A DNA stretch of 32,000 nucleotides from an uncultured Chloroflexia bacterium (GCA_963718915.1 CAVRAI010000003.1:870001-902000), one strand, 5' to 3'; shown: positions 1 through 9,402, numbered from the stretch's first letter. The notes: generated by a model not told the origin, from the letters alone. Translations and numbers: made by a program.

Positions 1-82
1 TACATCGTGCATTCGCGATCAACTACGAAGGTAGTATAACACATCTGGCGGATCATTGCCGACGTTCATGTTGCGCGAGTAT

Positions 83-1321
83 TTATCCTTCCCGCCCCTT
101 CGTGACAACTTCTTCGGGCACGCGATGGAAGACGGCCCAGAGCGCCAGGTCGTAGGCGGCTTTGAGTCCGCCCGCCAGCAGCAGCGGCAACCCCAACACG
201 ATCAGCGGCCCCTGAAGTAGCACGCCCGCGAGAATCGGGCTGGTGGCCGAGCCAGCGCTCCGGGCGAGTGAGGTGACGCTGGCCGCCGCCGTCCGCTCGG
301 AGGGATCGACCAGCGCCATCGTGTACGCCTGGCGCGTCGGCACGTCGAGCTGCGAGAGACACTGCCGGACGAGCAACAGCGCTGCCGCCAGCGGGAACGT
401 GGGCATCAGCGGAACCAGTATCAGCAGGATATTGCTTGGCAGATGGGTGAAGACCATCGTGTTGAGCAGCCCAAAGCGACGCGCCAGCCACGGCGCCGCC
501 AGAAACGAGAGCGCCGAAAGCAAGTTGGCGCAGAAGAAGAGCGCTGCCAGCATTTCGAGATCGGCCCCAAAGCGCAGATGAAAGAAGAGCGCCAGCAACG
601 TCTGCCCGATCAGCCCGCCCGCGAAGGCATCCACACTGAAGAGCGCCGCCAGCCGCGCCACGACACCGCGCGAGTGGGGCAACGGCGGTATCAGCCGACG
701 CCAGAGGGCGCCCTGTTCCGGGAGCGCGCCGCCCTTCGCCTCGACGGCAGTGGAGAGGCGTGACGCCTGCCATGCAACCACCAACGCCGCCAGCGCATAC
801 AGGCAGAAGGTGAGCGCAAGCAACGTGTCGAATGGCAGCCCTTTCTGCGCAAGTATCGCGGGCAGCCCGGCGATCAGCGCTCCGCATGCGCCCGCGACTG
901 AGGCGACGAGATTGTAGCGCGCGAACAACGCGGTGCGTCCGGCGCCCGCTCCCTGCGAGCCAAGCATCGCCTGTTCGATGGGCAGAAACGGCGCGGTCTC
1001 CGAGCCTGAGACACCAAGCGTGCCGCCGAACGCCGCCAGCAAGAGCAGCGGATACCAGTGCAGGAAGCCGAAGATGAGGCCGGTGAGCGCCATCAGCAGC
1101 GCGAGCGCCACCAGCGTGCGCCGTCGTCCCCAGCGGTCGGCATGGTGGCCGATGACCAGCGTGCCCAGGAAGTCACCAACCAGCGAGATTGCCACCAGCG
1201 CGCCGATGGCGGCGGGCGAGAAACCGTCGCGGGTGAGCGCGATGGCCAGCACGACTGCCAGCAGCCCGTAGGCTCCCTGGCGCAGTCCGCGCATGAGAAT
1301 GATTCGCCGACTATCGCGCAT
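83..1321 (-). CDS. MFS transporter
   Basis: ORF 83..1447 (-) is hydrophobic throughout, with an MFS loop motif (HHADRWGRRRT). I trimmed the start to ATG 1319-1321 (MRDSRR...). Stop is TAA at 83-85. Confidence 0.8.
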   Translation of the reverse strand: MRDSRRIILMRGLRQGAYGLLAVVLAIALTRDGFSPAAIGALVAISLVGDFLGTLVIGHHADRWGRRRTLVALALLMALTGLIFGFLHWYPLLLLAAFGGTLGVSGSETAPFLPIEQAMLGSQGAGAGRTALFARYNLVASVAGACGALIAGLPAILAQKGLPFDTLLALTFCLYALAALVVAWQASRLSTAVEAKGGALPEQGALWRRLIPPLPHSRGVVARLAALFSVDAFAGGLIGQTLLALFFHLRFGADLEMLAALFFCANLLSALSFLAAPWLARRFGLLNTMVFTHLPSNILLILVPLMPTFPLAAALLLVRQCLSQLDVPTRQAYTMALVDPSERTAAASVTSLARSAGSATSPILAGVLLQGPLIVLGLPLLLAGGLKAAYDLALWAVFHRVPEEVVTKGREG

Positions 1322-1401
1322 GAATCGCCACCTTCCTCGTCGTCGATAGCACTGCCCATGATACAGCAGTTTTCTGCATGCTGCGTTGATGTCGTGCCCA
1401 G

Positions 1402-1440
1402 TATAATCTCCAGGGGATTTGTGTAACTGGGGAGGACAGC
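1402..1440 (+). promoter_or_regulatory. Candidate -10 (TATAAT) and Shine-Dalgarno for the downstream MFS gene
   Basis: TATAAT at 1402-1407. GGAGG at 1431-1435 lies 5 nt before TTG 1441. No good -35 was seen. Confidence 0.35.
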
Positions 1441-2784
1441 TTGGCAATCATCGAGCGGGAGCAGCGAGATATCGCCGCGGCGACGGTCAGCGCGTCGGGC
1501 ATGGAAAAGCCATCAGTGACGCAGTCGCCAGGCGCGCGGCTCTGGCGCAATCGCGCGTTCAACATCTTTTGGGCGGGCCAGTCGCTCTCGGCGCTGGGCG
1601 ATGGCTTCGCGATGCTGGCGCTACCACTGCTCGTGTTTCAGGCGACCGGCTCGGTTGCGCAGATGGGGCTGGTGACGGGCGTGTTTGGCATCGGGCAGAT
1701 GGTCTCCGGCCTCGTCTCCGGCGTGATCGTCGACCGCGTGGATCGCCGCCGCCTGATGATTCTCTGTGACCTGCTGCGGCTCGTGCTCTACGGCTCGATT
1801 CCCGTGATTTGGCTGCTTATCGGCCCGCAACTCTGGCTGATCTATGTGGTGGTGCTCTTCGGCGCGATGCTGGGCATGACGTTCTCGATAGCCTACATGA
1901 CGGCGCTCGCCAATCTGGTTGACCGCGACCAGCTCACCGACGCCAACGCCCGTGTCAACGCGACACTCTCACTCGCGTTTGTCTTCGGCCCGGTGCTGGC
2001 GGGAGTCGTCTCCGCGCGTATTGGCACGGTGGCTTCGGTGGCGGTGGATGCGCTCTCGTTTGGCGTCTCGGCGCTCACACTCTCCTGGATTCGTCTGCGA
2101 CGCGCCAGCGCGATGCGCACGACCGGGGACGCAGGCGCCCGCCCGCGCCGCACGCTGGCGGAGTTCCTCGATGGCATCCGCTTTCTGGCGGGCCAGCCGA
2201 CCCTGCGCGCGGTCATGCTGCTCTTGATCGGCCTCTCGTTCGTGATGGCGGGCATGTTGGACCTCTTCATCTTCCACTTGAAGAATGATCTGCACCAGAG
2301 TGACAACGCTGTGGGGCTGGTGATAGGGCTGGCGGGCATCGGCGGCGTGGGCGGCGGATTGATCGCGCCGTGGCTGCGGCGGCGCGTTGGCTTTGGGCCA
2401 AGCTGGCTCGGCGGCTGGGTGCTGACGAGCGTCTCCTGTGTGCTGATTGGCCTTGTGCCCGCGCTCTGGCTGATTCTTCCGGCAGCCGTTGGCTACACCT
2501 TCGGCGATATGCTCTCGGGCACCAACTCGATCACACTGCGCCAGGAGCTGACGCCCGACCATCTGCTAGGCCGCGTCACCGCCACCGTCTGGACGCTCAC
2601 CAGTGTCGCGTCGCCGATTGGCGCGGCTGCTCTCACGCTGCTGGCCGCGCATGTCGGCGGGTCGGCGGCCATCGTGTTTGGCGGGCTGTTCTTCGTCGTG
2701 CTGACGATTATCGGCTTCTTCACGCCCGCGCGCGCCGCCACCCCGAACGCGACATGGCATAATATACGGCTGCTAGTGCTATAA
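1441..2784 (+). CDS. MFS transporter (MFS_3 / enterobactin-exporter-like)
   Basis: 447-aa ORF with about 12 predicted TM segments. The N-terminus (NRAFNIFWAGQSLSALGDGF) is typical of the EntS-like MFS subgroup. The TTG start is supported by the GGAGG; an alternative ATG is at 1501. Confidence 0.8.
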   Translation: MAIIEREQRDIAAATVSASGMEKPSVTQSPGARLWRNRAFNIFWAGQSLSALGDGFAMLALPLLVFQATGSVAQMGLVTGVFGIGQMVSGLVSGVIVDRVDRRRLMILCDLLRLVLYGSIPVIWLLIGPQLWLIYVVVLFGAMLGMTFSIAYMTALANLVDRDQLTDANARVNATLSLAFVFGPVLAGVVSARIGTVASVAVDALSFGVSALTLSWIRLRRASAMRTTGDAGARPRRTLAEFLDGIRFLAGQPTLRAVMLLLIGLSFVMAGMLDLFIFHLKNDLHQSDNAVGLVIGLAGIGGVGGGLIAPWLRRRVGFGPSWLGGWVLTSVSCVLIGLVPALWLILPAAVGYTFGDMLSGTNSITLRQELTPDHLLGRVTATVWTLTSVASPIGAAALTLLAAHVGGSAAIVFGGLFFVVLTIIGFFTPARAATPNATWHNIRLLVL

Positions 2785-2822
2785 TCGCCGCATCGGCTGC
2801 CGAACGCCAGTGAGGTAAGATT

Positions 2823-3941
2823 GTGACGACTCCAGCCAGCGCGCTGCCACAGATCGAGCGGGCAACGCTGTATCTCGACCAGCTCTACGATGTCGCCTTT
2901 GGGATTGACCTGGAGCGCGCGCATGCGCTGCTCAAAACGCCTACCGGGCGCACGCGCCCAGTGGTGACACGCGGCGGCAGCATCGAGATTCCGCAGCTTC
3001 CGCTCGATCTTCATGCTGGTGAGGTGACGCTCGACCTGGCCGGATTGTCGCTCAGTGGGCATCTCCACGTGCGCATCTATGACCTGGGCATCCTGGCGTT
3101 TCGCATGATGCTGCGCCTGCCGGATGGTATCACCTGGGATGCCGCGGCGGAACTGCTGGGTGAGGTGCAGACCTACCCGCCCGCGGTGCTAGAGAAATTC
3201 CAACTGCAGCATGACGCCTTCGTCCATCTGCTACAGCCAGCGATGGAGCGCCCGTATCTCTCCGCTGAGCGCGCCGAAGATTACGCGATCCTGTTCATCG
3301 AACGCCTGGGCGCTGGCATCCCCGCCTCGGAACTTGCGCGCGACCCGACCATCCTGCGCACCGCGTTGGGCGAGCGCAAGATGTTGAGCGCCTCGGCGGC
3401 GCAACTTGCCAGCAGCTTCAGCTACTATGAGGACGACCTGATCGTGCTGACGTGGGGCGCGGCGGTTGTGGTCGAGCCAGATGCCACCGCACGCGACGAT
3501 GTGGCGCTGCTGCTGGAGTTCGCCAACGCGCAACTGCTGGCGTTCCGCTCGTACGACGACGAGGTTGAACGCGACCTCGCGCGGGTTGGCCCACGGGTGG
3601 TGCGGTCGCGGCGTCCGCGCTGGTCGGTGTTGCTCTCGTCGGGGTCGTTCCTGCGCGAGATTCACAGTCTGATCGCCGATATCACCGAGACCAGCGCCCG
3701 CGTCGAAAACGCCCTCAAAGTGACCGAGGATGTCTATTGGAATCGCGTCTATGCGGCGGCGCTCGCCGTGCTGAAGGTCGAGGTGTGGCGGGCGAGCATC
3801 GCGGAGGCGCTGGGGGTGCTGCGTGAGACGGCGGCGCTCTTGCGTGACGAAGCCCAGGAGGTCGTGGCGACCTCCCTGGAAGTGCTGGTCATCGTCCTGA
3901 TTGCCATCGAGCTGGTTGTGGCGCTGCTGGGGTTGCACTAG
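2823..3941 (+). CDS. DUF155 / RMD1-like protein with a C-terminal TM helix
   Basis: 372-aa ORF with a GTG start preceded by GAGGT. The C-terminal LEVLVIVLIAIELVVALLGL resembles the conserved LEWI.I.LIA.E tail of DUF155. The LIVLTWGAAVVVEP segment resembles the family core. The family call is from memory only. Confidence 0.55.
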   Translation: MTTPASALPQIERATLYLDQLYDVAFGIDLERAHALLKTPTGRTRPVVTRGGSIEIPQLPLDLHAGEVTLDLAGLSLSGHLHVRIYDLGILAFRMMLRLPDGITWDAAAELLGEVQTYPPAVLEKFQLQHDAFVHLLQPAMERPYLSAERAEDYAILFIERLGAGIPASELARDPTILRTALGERKMLSASAAQLASSFSYYEDDLIVLTWGAAVVVEPDATARDDVALLLEFANAQLLAFRSYDDEVERDLARVGPRVVRSRRPRWSVLLSSGSFLREIHSLIADITETSARVENALKVTEDVYWNRVYAAALAVLKVEVWRASIAEALGVLRETAALLRDEAQEVVATSLEVLVIVLIAIELVVALLGLH

Positions 3942-3951
3942 AATAGTCTAC

Positions 3952-4151
3952 CCTCGGCCATTATGAGCTTTTAGCATGAACGTCGCACAACGCGCCTGGG
4001 CGAGCGTGCCGGAGCCTGTCAGCGAAAGGGGCCTGGGAGGCGGGAAATTCGCCGGAGCATTGATGTATGTATGCTACGGCCTGCTCACTCTGCTCACCCC
4101 ACCGCACTGTCCGTGTCCGTCGCACATGCTAAAACTACATCAAGGCCGAGG
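3952..4151. repeat. 200-nt intergenic element closed by a 28-bp imperfect inverted repeat (candidate structured RNA or MITE)
   Basis: 3951-3978 pairs with 4125-4152: 22 Watson-Crick pairs plus 1 GU out of 28, including perfect blocks TTTTAGCATG/CATGCTAAAA and CCTCGGCC/GGCCGAGG. Inner helices are possible at 3998-4006/4091-4099 and as a hairpin at 4052-4079. Confidence 0.5.
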
Positions 4152-4189
4152 TCAGGATCATTACTGACATACGAAAGCGAGGATGCGAG

Positions 4190-5186
4190 ATGCCCGTAAC
4201 CATCGAGATGCCGGTACTCGAAAGCGATGTGCTGCGCGAAAATCCGCTGGGTGACCCGGCCAACCGCCGCCTGCCGGTCATCCTGCCGCCGGACTACGCC
4301 GAATCTACCCGCCGCTATCCCGTGCTCGTCGCGCTGACCGGCTTTACGGGCAAGGGGATCATGCTGCTCAACGAAGACTCGTGGCAGCCGAATCTGGCCG
4401 AGCGGCTGGAGCGCCTCTACGCCGCCGGAATGCCCCATGCCATCGTCGTCTTGCCAGACTGTTTCACACGCTACGGCGGTAGCCAGTACATCAACTCTGG
4501 GGCAACGGGCCGCTACGAGGACTACGTCATCGACGAGATCATCCCCTGGGTGGACGCGCACTACCGAACACTGGCGACGCCGCAGTCACGGGGCGTCTTC
4601 GGCAAGTCGAGCGGTGGCTATGGCTCGATGATCCTGGGCATGCGCCACCCTGAGATATTTGGCGCGCTGGCCTGCCACAGCGGCGACATGTTCTTCGACC
4701 TCTGTTACGCGCCCGATTTCCCGAAGGCCTGCAACCGCTTCAACAAGTATCGGCGGTGTCGAGGCGTGGTGGAAGCAGTTCGACGCGCAGGTGAAGAAGA
4801 GCGGCGCTGATTTCGACGCGCTCAATATCCTGGCGATGGCGGCGTGCTACTCGGATGATTCCAACGCGCCGCTCGGCATTGGCTTGCCCATGGACCTGCA
4901 CACCTGCGAGCGTATCCCTGAAGTCTGGGCGCGCTGGCTGGAGTGGGATCCAGTGGAGCTACTCGACCGCTACGGCGAGCATCTGCGCGGGCTGCGGCTG
5001 GTTTTCATGGACTGTGGCGACCACGATCAGTTCAACCTGCACTATGGCGCGCGGCTGATGGCTGCCCGGCTCGCCGCCCGCAACATCGCCTTCGAGCATG
5101 AAGAATTCGACGACAACCATAGCAGCGTTCAGTACCGCTACGATGTCTCCCTGCCGAAGCTGTTGGCCGCGCTCGATCACGAGTAA
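4190..5186 (+). pseudogene. Putative esterase (PF00756-like alpha/beta hydrolase), frameshifted near 4745-4752
   Basis: ORF 4190..4810 (nucleophile motif GKSSGGYG) and ORF 4659..5186 together read as one esterase. Removing one base near 4751 gives ...CNRFNKY-GGVEAWWKQF... Confidence 0.8.
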
Positions 5187-5294
5187 TTGCGGGTGACGCG
5201 GGACAGCGCTGGCACGGTATACTTAAGATGGCGGCGGCGTATGCCTCTGCCGATGATGCATATGGAGACGACTAGCGGATTGAGGAGGCGCTGC

Positions 5295-5855
5295 GTGTCT
5301 ATCTCTAGCTCCATGCACGATGACATCGAAGAAATCCTGATCTCCGAACCGGTGCTTCAGGCGCGTATCGCCGCGCTGGCCGCAGCCATCCAGGAAGATT
5401 ACTCCGGTCGCCAACTCTTGCTGGTGGGGATTCTCCGTGGCGCGATGATGTTCATGGCGGATTTGGCGCGCCATCTTGATATGCCGCTAGAGATGGACTT
5501 CATGGCGATCAGCAGCTACGGCAGCGCGACGGAGTCCAGCGGCGTAGTGCGCATCCTCAAAGACCTGGACACCTCGATTGAGGGGCGACATCTCCTCATT
5601 GTCGAAGACATCATCGATAGCGGGTTGACATTGAGGTACCTGATGGAGAATCTGGCCCGCCGCAATCCAGGCAGTATCGCCGTCTGCGCCCTGCTGGATA
5701 AAGAGAAGGCGCACGAGGACGACATCATTCAGCCGCAATATACCGGATTCAGCATCCCCGACCGCTTCGTCGTTGGCTACGGCCTGGACTACGCGCAGAA
5801 GTACCGCAACCTGCCCTATATCGGCGTGCTCAAGCCGAGTGTGTATTCAGAGTGA
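5295..5855 (+). CDS. hpt: Hypoxanthine phosphoribosyltransferase
   Basis: PRPP-binding motif LLIVEDIIDSGLTL and C-terminal VVGYGLDYAQKYRNLPYIGVL. GTG 5295 is preceded by GAGGAGG (5282-5288). An alternative ATG is at 5313. Confidence 0.9.
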   Translation: MSISSSMHDDIEEILISEPVLQARIAALAAAIQEDYSGRQLLLVGILRGAMMFMADLARHLDMPLEMDFMAISSYGSATESSGVVRILKDLDTSIEGRHLLIVEDIIDSGLTLRYLMENLARRNPGSIAVCALLDKEKAHEDDIIQPQYTGFSIPDRFVVGYGLDYAQKYRNLPYIGVLKPSVYSE

Positions 5856-6338
5856 GATGGGCGGTTTCTGATCGCCAGCGATAATCAGCGCAATTACACG
5901 TGCGAGATTGTCCCTGACACGCTCTGGAAGACATCGCCGCAACGCCTCATCGGGCGTCAGCCATTCGTAGCGGTCGTGCTCCACATCCGCGATAATCGTC
6001 GCGTCATGTGGCGCCTCAGCCCAATAACTGCGCCAGTCGGGGCTACCACAGGTCGTGGGATGAAGCGGCAACACCAGTCCGGTCTCCTCAAAGAGTTCGC
6101 GACGGGCGCAGTCGTCCACAGGCTCACCGGGTAGGCGCGCGCCAGATGGCGTCGTTCACGCCCAGTCGCCCTCGTAGTCCGGCCCATTGTGATGGCGGTG
6201 GAGCATGAGCAGTTGTAGGTTGTCGCCAAGACGCCGGAAAACGACAACGCTACAGCCGTGGGGCGGCTCCTGGCTTATCGGCAGGCCGTCCCACGTCGTA
6301 TGCGCCCGTTTGCCTCCATATTCTTGGGACACGATCAC
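5847..6338 (-). pseudogene. Nudix hydrolase interrupted by an in-frame TGA (6156-6158)
   Basis: ORFs 6156..6338 and 5847..6119 are in the same frame. Reading through gives GDWA[TGA]TTPSGARLPGEPVDDCARRELFEETGL, an intact Nudix box (G-x5-E-x7-REUxEExGU). The stop sits where I expect a Trp (TGG). Confidence 0.8.
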
Positions 6339-6344
6339 GCCTTT

Positions 6345-7055
6345 CTATGCCGCGACCACCCAGAGCGCATAGGCCACGCGCGCGGGAATCGTCAGTTGCG
6401 AGCCGTCGGCCAGCGCGAGCACCGCGTCGCGCTCGTCGGGCTGTGGCGCCCCGCTGACCAGCGAAAGCCACATGCCAGGGATGATGCCGTGGTCATGCAG
6501 ATAATGGATGATCGCCTCCTCGTCCTCGACCACCTCCGAGACCAGCAGCAGCCGCATGGGTTGTCCCGGCTGGGCCAGTAGCAGGCGGATCGCGTCGTGG
6601 TCTTTCAGATAGTTGCGCGCATCGGGGACCGAGCCGGGGATAGGGTTGCCATGGGGGCAGGTGGTGGGCTGGCCAAGCGAGGCGACCACACGCTCCTCGA
6701 CCGCGCCAGAGATATAGTGCTCCAGCCGCGTGGCCTCCTCATGCACCTGATGCCACTGCATGCCGAGCATATCCACCAGAAAGCGCTCGGTCAGGCGGTG
6801 ACGGCGCAAGACCCCCTCGGCAAGCGTCACGCCTTTGGGGGTCAGCGTCACCTGGCGCCTGCTATCCATCTCGACGTAGCCGTCACGCACCATGCGCTTG
6901 AGCGTCTCCGTCACCGTTGGCGGCGCGACGCCGAACTTTTCCGCCAGCCGCGCGCCGATGACGGTATCGCCCTCCATGCTCATGTTATAGATCGTTTCGA
7001 GATACGACTCGACGACCTCAGACACCTTCGCGTCATGTGCTACCGATTCGCTCAC
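6345..7055 (-). CDS. DtxR/MntR-family metal-dependent transcriptional regulator with a C-terminal FeoA/SH3-like domain
   Basis: YLETIY...ARLAEKFGVAPPTVTETLKRMVRDGYV is the wHTH. RRHRLTERFLVDMLG...HEEA..LEH is the metal-binding and dimerisation part. I chose GTG 7053-7055, which has AGGAG 7 nt upstream. The ORF stays open to TTG 7112. Confidence 0.85.
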   Translation of the reverse strand: MSESVAHDAKVSEVVESYLETIYNMSMEGDTVIGARLAEKFGVAPPTVTETLKRMVRDGYVEMDSRRQVTLTPKGVTLAEGVLRRHRLTERFLVDMLGMQWHQVHEEATRLEHYISGAVEERVVASLGQPTTCPHGNPIPGSVPDARNYLKDHDAIRLLLAQPGQPMRLLLVSEVVEDEEAIIHYLHDHGIIPGMWLSLVSGAPQPDERDAVLALADGSQLTIPARVAYALWVVAA

Positions 7056-7146
7056 ACTGTCACTCCTGCCTGTCTTGTGGGTAACAGCAGCATTATCACA
7101 TATTCCGCGCAATGAGCATACGAGCGGTAGTTACGCCAGCGGCATG

Positions 7147-7869
7147 CTACCCCAGTCCGTGCTCGCGCGCCCAGAGGGCGGCTTGCGTCCGGTCGCGCAG
7201 CGCTAACTTGCCCAGGATGTTCGAGACGTGGTTCTTGACCGTGCCCTCGGTGATGAAGAGCGCCTCACCAATCTCGCGATTGCTCGCGCCGCGGGCGATA
7301 TATCCCAGAATCTCGCGCTCGCGCTCAGTCAGCTCTTCGCCAACGGGCAGCGTGGGGTTAGGCCCGCCAGATCGGTGTGAAGTGGCAGCAGCATCGGGCT
7401 GGGCGAGGTGCGCCACCAGCTTCGCCGCGACCGATGGCTGCAACGGCGAGCCGCCCGCATAGACCACGCGAATCGCGTCGAGCAGCTCGGCGGCTGAGGA
7501 GTCTTTGAGCAGATAGCCCTTGGCTCCAGCGCGAATCCCCCTGAACACGTATTCCTGGTCATCGAAGGTGGTCAGGATGAGCACGCGCACATCGGGCCAG
7601 CGCTCGCCGATCTGTTCGGTCGCCTGCACGCCATCCATCACCGGCATGCGGATATCCATCAGCACGACATCAGGCAGTGCGCCGCCGCGCTCCAACTCGG
7701 CGATGCGCGTCAGCGCCTCCTCACCGTTGCCCGCGACCCCGACGACGGCAATGCCGCTTTCCAGTTCCAACAGCCGCTGAAAGCTCTGGCGCAGCAGCAT
7801 CTGATCGTCCACAATCAGCACGCGGATTGCCCCAGCTGTCTCGTCTTGCCCTGATATCCCGGTGGTCAT
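7147..7869 (-). CDS. NarL/LuxR-family response regulator
   Basis: Receiver domain (VLIVDDQ..., DVVLMDIRMP) plus LuxR HTH (LTEREREILGYIARGASNREIGEALFITEGTVKNHV). Overlaps the upstream kinase gene by 4 nt. Confidence 0.9.
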   Translation of the reverse strand: MTTGISGQDETAGAIRVLIVDDQMLLRQSFQRLLELESGIAVVGVAGNGEEALTRIAELERGGALPDVVLMDIRMPVMDGVQATEQIGERWPDVRVLILTTFDDQEYVFRGIRAGAKGYLLKDSSAAELLDAIRVVYAGGSPLQPSVAAKLVAHLAQPDAAATSHRSGGPNPTLPVGEELTEREREILGYIARGASNREIGEALFITEGTVKNHVSNILGKLALRDRTQAALWAREHGLG

Positions 7870-9248
7870 TGTCCCGCCTCCGCCTTTGGATCGCCACTGG
7901 CAACGAGCGCGCCCGATGTTATCCCCGATGGCATGCCTGACGTCATCTCTGATGGTGTAGCGAATTGCGCCACTGGCAACCTGACCTCCACGCGCCAGCC
8001 AGCCCCAGGCTCAGGCCCCGCCGCGACGCTGCCGCCAGCCAGCGCGATGCGCTCGCGAATACCCTGTAAGCCGAAGCCTGACGGAGTCTCCTTCGCGCCG
8101 CCCGCGGGATGGGACCCATTGTCGAGCACAGTCAGCTCCACCTGCCCGCTATCTGGCGTGCCATCGGCATTGCTATCTACCTCACCATCGACGCGCAGCC
8201 GCACCAGCACCTTTGTCGCCTGGGCATGCTTGCGGATGTTGGTGAGTCCCTCCTGCACGCAGCGATAGAGAGTCACGCGCAATTCAGGCGCAAGCTGGTC
8301 AATATCGTCTTCCGCATCGAGGATAATTTCCGTCTCAGGCAGCACCGACTCGAACTCGCGCACCAGCCGCGCCAGCGCCTCAGAGAGGGTCAGCCGCGCC
8401 AGATCGGTTGGGCGGAGCGCGCTCACCGACCTGCGCACCTCCGCCAGACATTCCGCCGCTGCCCGGCGCGCCTCCACCAGTTCGTCATGCAGGCGCGGAT
8501 CGTGATGCTCTTCGAGCTTGAGCGCCGTCTCAAGCTGGACGGCGAGGATGGTCAGGTAGTGGCCAAGCGTATCGTGAATCTCGCGCGCCATGCGGTTGCG
8601 CTCGCGAGTGACCGCCAGTTCCTCCACCTGAACGGCGTGCGCCTGTAGCTGCTCCTGCGCGGCCTCCAGTTCGGCCACCAGCGCCTCGGCCCGCTCGCGC
8701 TGCTCACGTTGTTGGCGCATGAAGAGCGGGAAGGTGAAGGCATAGAGCAATGCGGGCACGAGCGAAAGCTGGTTCTGAAGAATCTCGATGGGCGGGCTTC
8801 CAAGCGAAGCTATTAGCAGCAGCAACATCGTACTGAGCGCCAGCACGGCGCTGAATAACAGCGCTGCCCGCGTGGGATAGGCGAGCATGAAGACGGCAAT
8901 CGTCACCACCGGCAGCAGCCAGTCGAACGCGACTCCCACGAAGATGAGCGCGACCGCCCAGAAGGTTGCCGCCGCCAGCCCAAGCATCAGCAGATGCACC
9001 TGAGTCATGGTGAAATTACTGCTATAACTGGTCAGCAGCAGGAAACAGACAAACCAGAGGATGTTGGCGGCGGTGAGGTTGAGAAATCCTGGCAACGTCA
9101 GCGGGTGGGTGAGGAGCAGCGTGATAATATAGCCCGCCAGCGCGGTGATATAACCTAGCGAATTGATGAGCGCACCGGGATTCGTGTTGCCCTCGTCGCG
9201 CAGCACTTGATTCAGATCAGGCAAATTGCGTATCACTCGCCGTAGCAT
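7866..9248 (-). CDS. Sensor histidine kinase (HisKA_3 + HATPase_c), multi-TM N-terminus
   Basis: H-box REIHDTLGHYLT, a C-terminal ATPase domain and about 5-6 N-terminal TM helices. ATG 9246-9248 has GGAGG 5 nt upstream. The ORF extends to ATG 9296. Confidence 0.85.
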   Translation of the reverse strand: MLRRVIRNLPDLNQVLRDEGNTNPGALINSLGYITALAGYIITLLLTHPLTLPGFLNLTAANILWFVCFLLLTSYSSNFTMTQVHLLMLGLAAATFWAVALIFVGVAFDWLLPVVTIAVFMLAYPTRAALLFSAVLALSTMLLLLIASLGSPPIEILQNQLSLVPALLYAFTFPLFMRQQREQRERAEALVAELEAAQEQLQAHAVQVEELAVTRERNRMAREIHDTLGHYLTILAVQLETALKLEEHHDPRLHDELVEARRAAAECLAEVRRSVSALRPTDLARLTLSEALARLVREFESVLPETEIILDAEDDIDQLAPELRVTLYRCVQEGLTNIRKHAQATKVLVRLRVDGEVDSNADGTPDSGQVELTVLDNGSHPAGGAKETPSGFGLQGIRERIALAGGSVAAGPEPGAGWRVEVRLPVAQFATPSEMTSGMPSGITSGALVASGDPKAEAGQ

Positions 9249-9310
9249 GCTGACCTCCAGAGCGCGAAGACGCGAAGATGTGATGACGCGCCGCATCGCG
9301 CTCTGGCATC

Positions 9311-9316
9311 ATTATA
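9311..9316 (-). promoter_or_regulatory. Candidate -10 (TATAAT on minus strand) for the NarL-type two-component operon
   Basis: The plus-strand ATTATA at 9311-9316 reads TATAAT on the minus strand, about 60 nt upstream of ATG 9248. The -35 is unclear. Confidence 0.3.
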
Positions 9317-9402
9317 GTCGCCCGCAACCGTGCCGACATATGCCGCACGTCATGTTGCGCGCGGGCGCGGGCATGCCCTGGGTCACGTTGCTCAGATGCC
9401 GC

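Noticed and set aside
66-887. Long ORFs antisense to, or overlapping, real genes. Examples: 66..887, 1893..2339, 3231..3938, 11718..12578, 12545..13360, 15918..16745, 17466..18401, 18555..19898, 19903..20718, 20798..21544, 21587..22306 and 23758..24462.
   Set aside because: These are typical high-GC shadow ORFs. They are Arg/Ala/Pro/Gly-rich with low-complexity translations and no SD. Each lies opposite a gene with clear family signatures.
3976-4167. 63-aa ORF inside the inverted-repeat element.
   Set aside because: It has no SD and an odd composition. It spans both arms of the inverted repeat, so the region is better explained as non-coding.
6156-6158. TGA in the Nudix gene as selenocysteine, or as a reassigned Trp codon.
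   Set aside because: TGA ends other genes in the window (for example hpt at 5853-5855). I saw no SECIS-like hairpin directly downstream. Nudix enzymes are not known selenoproteins. A TGG to TGA point change is the simpler explanation.
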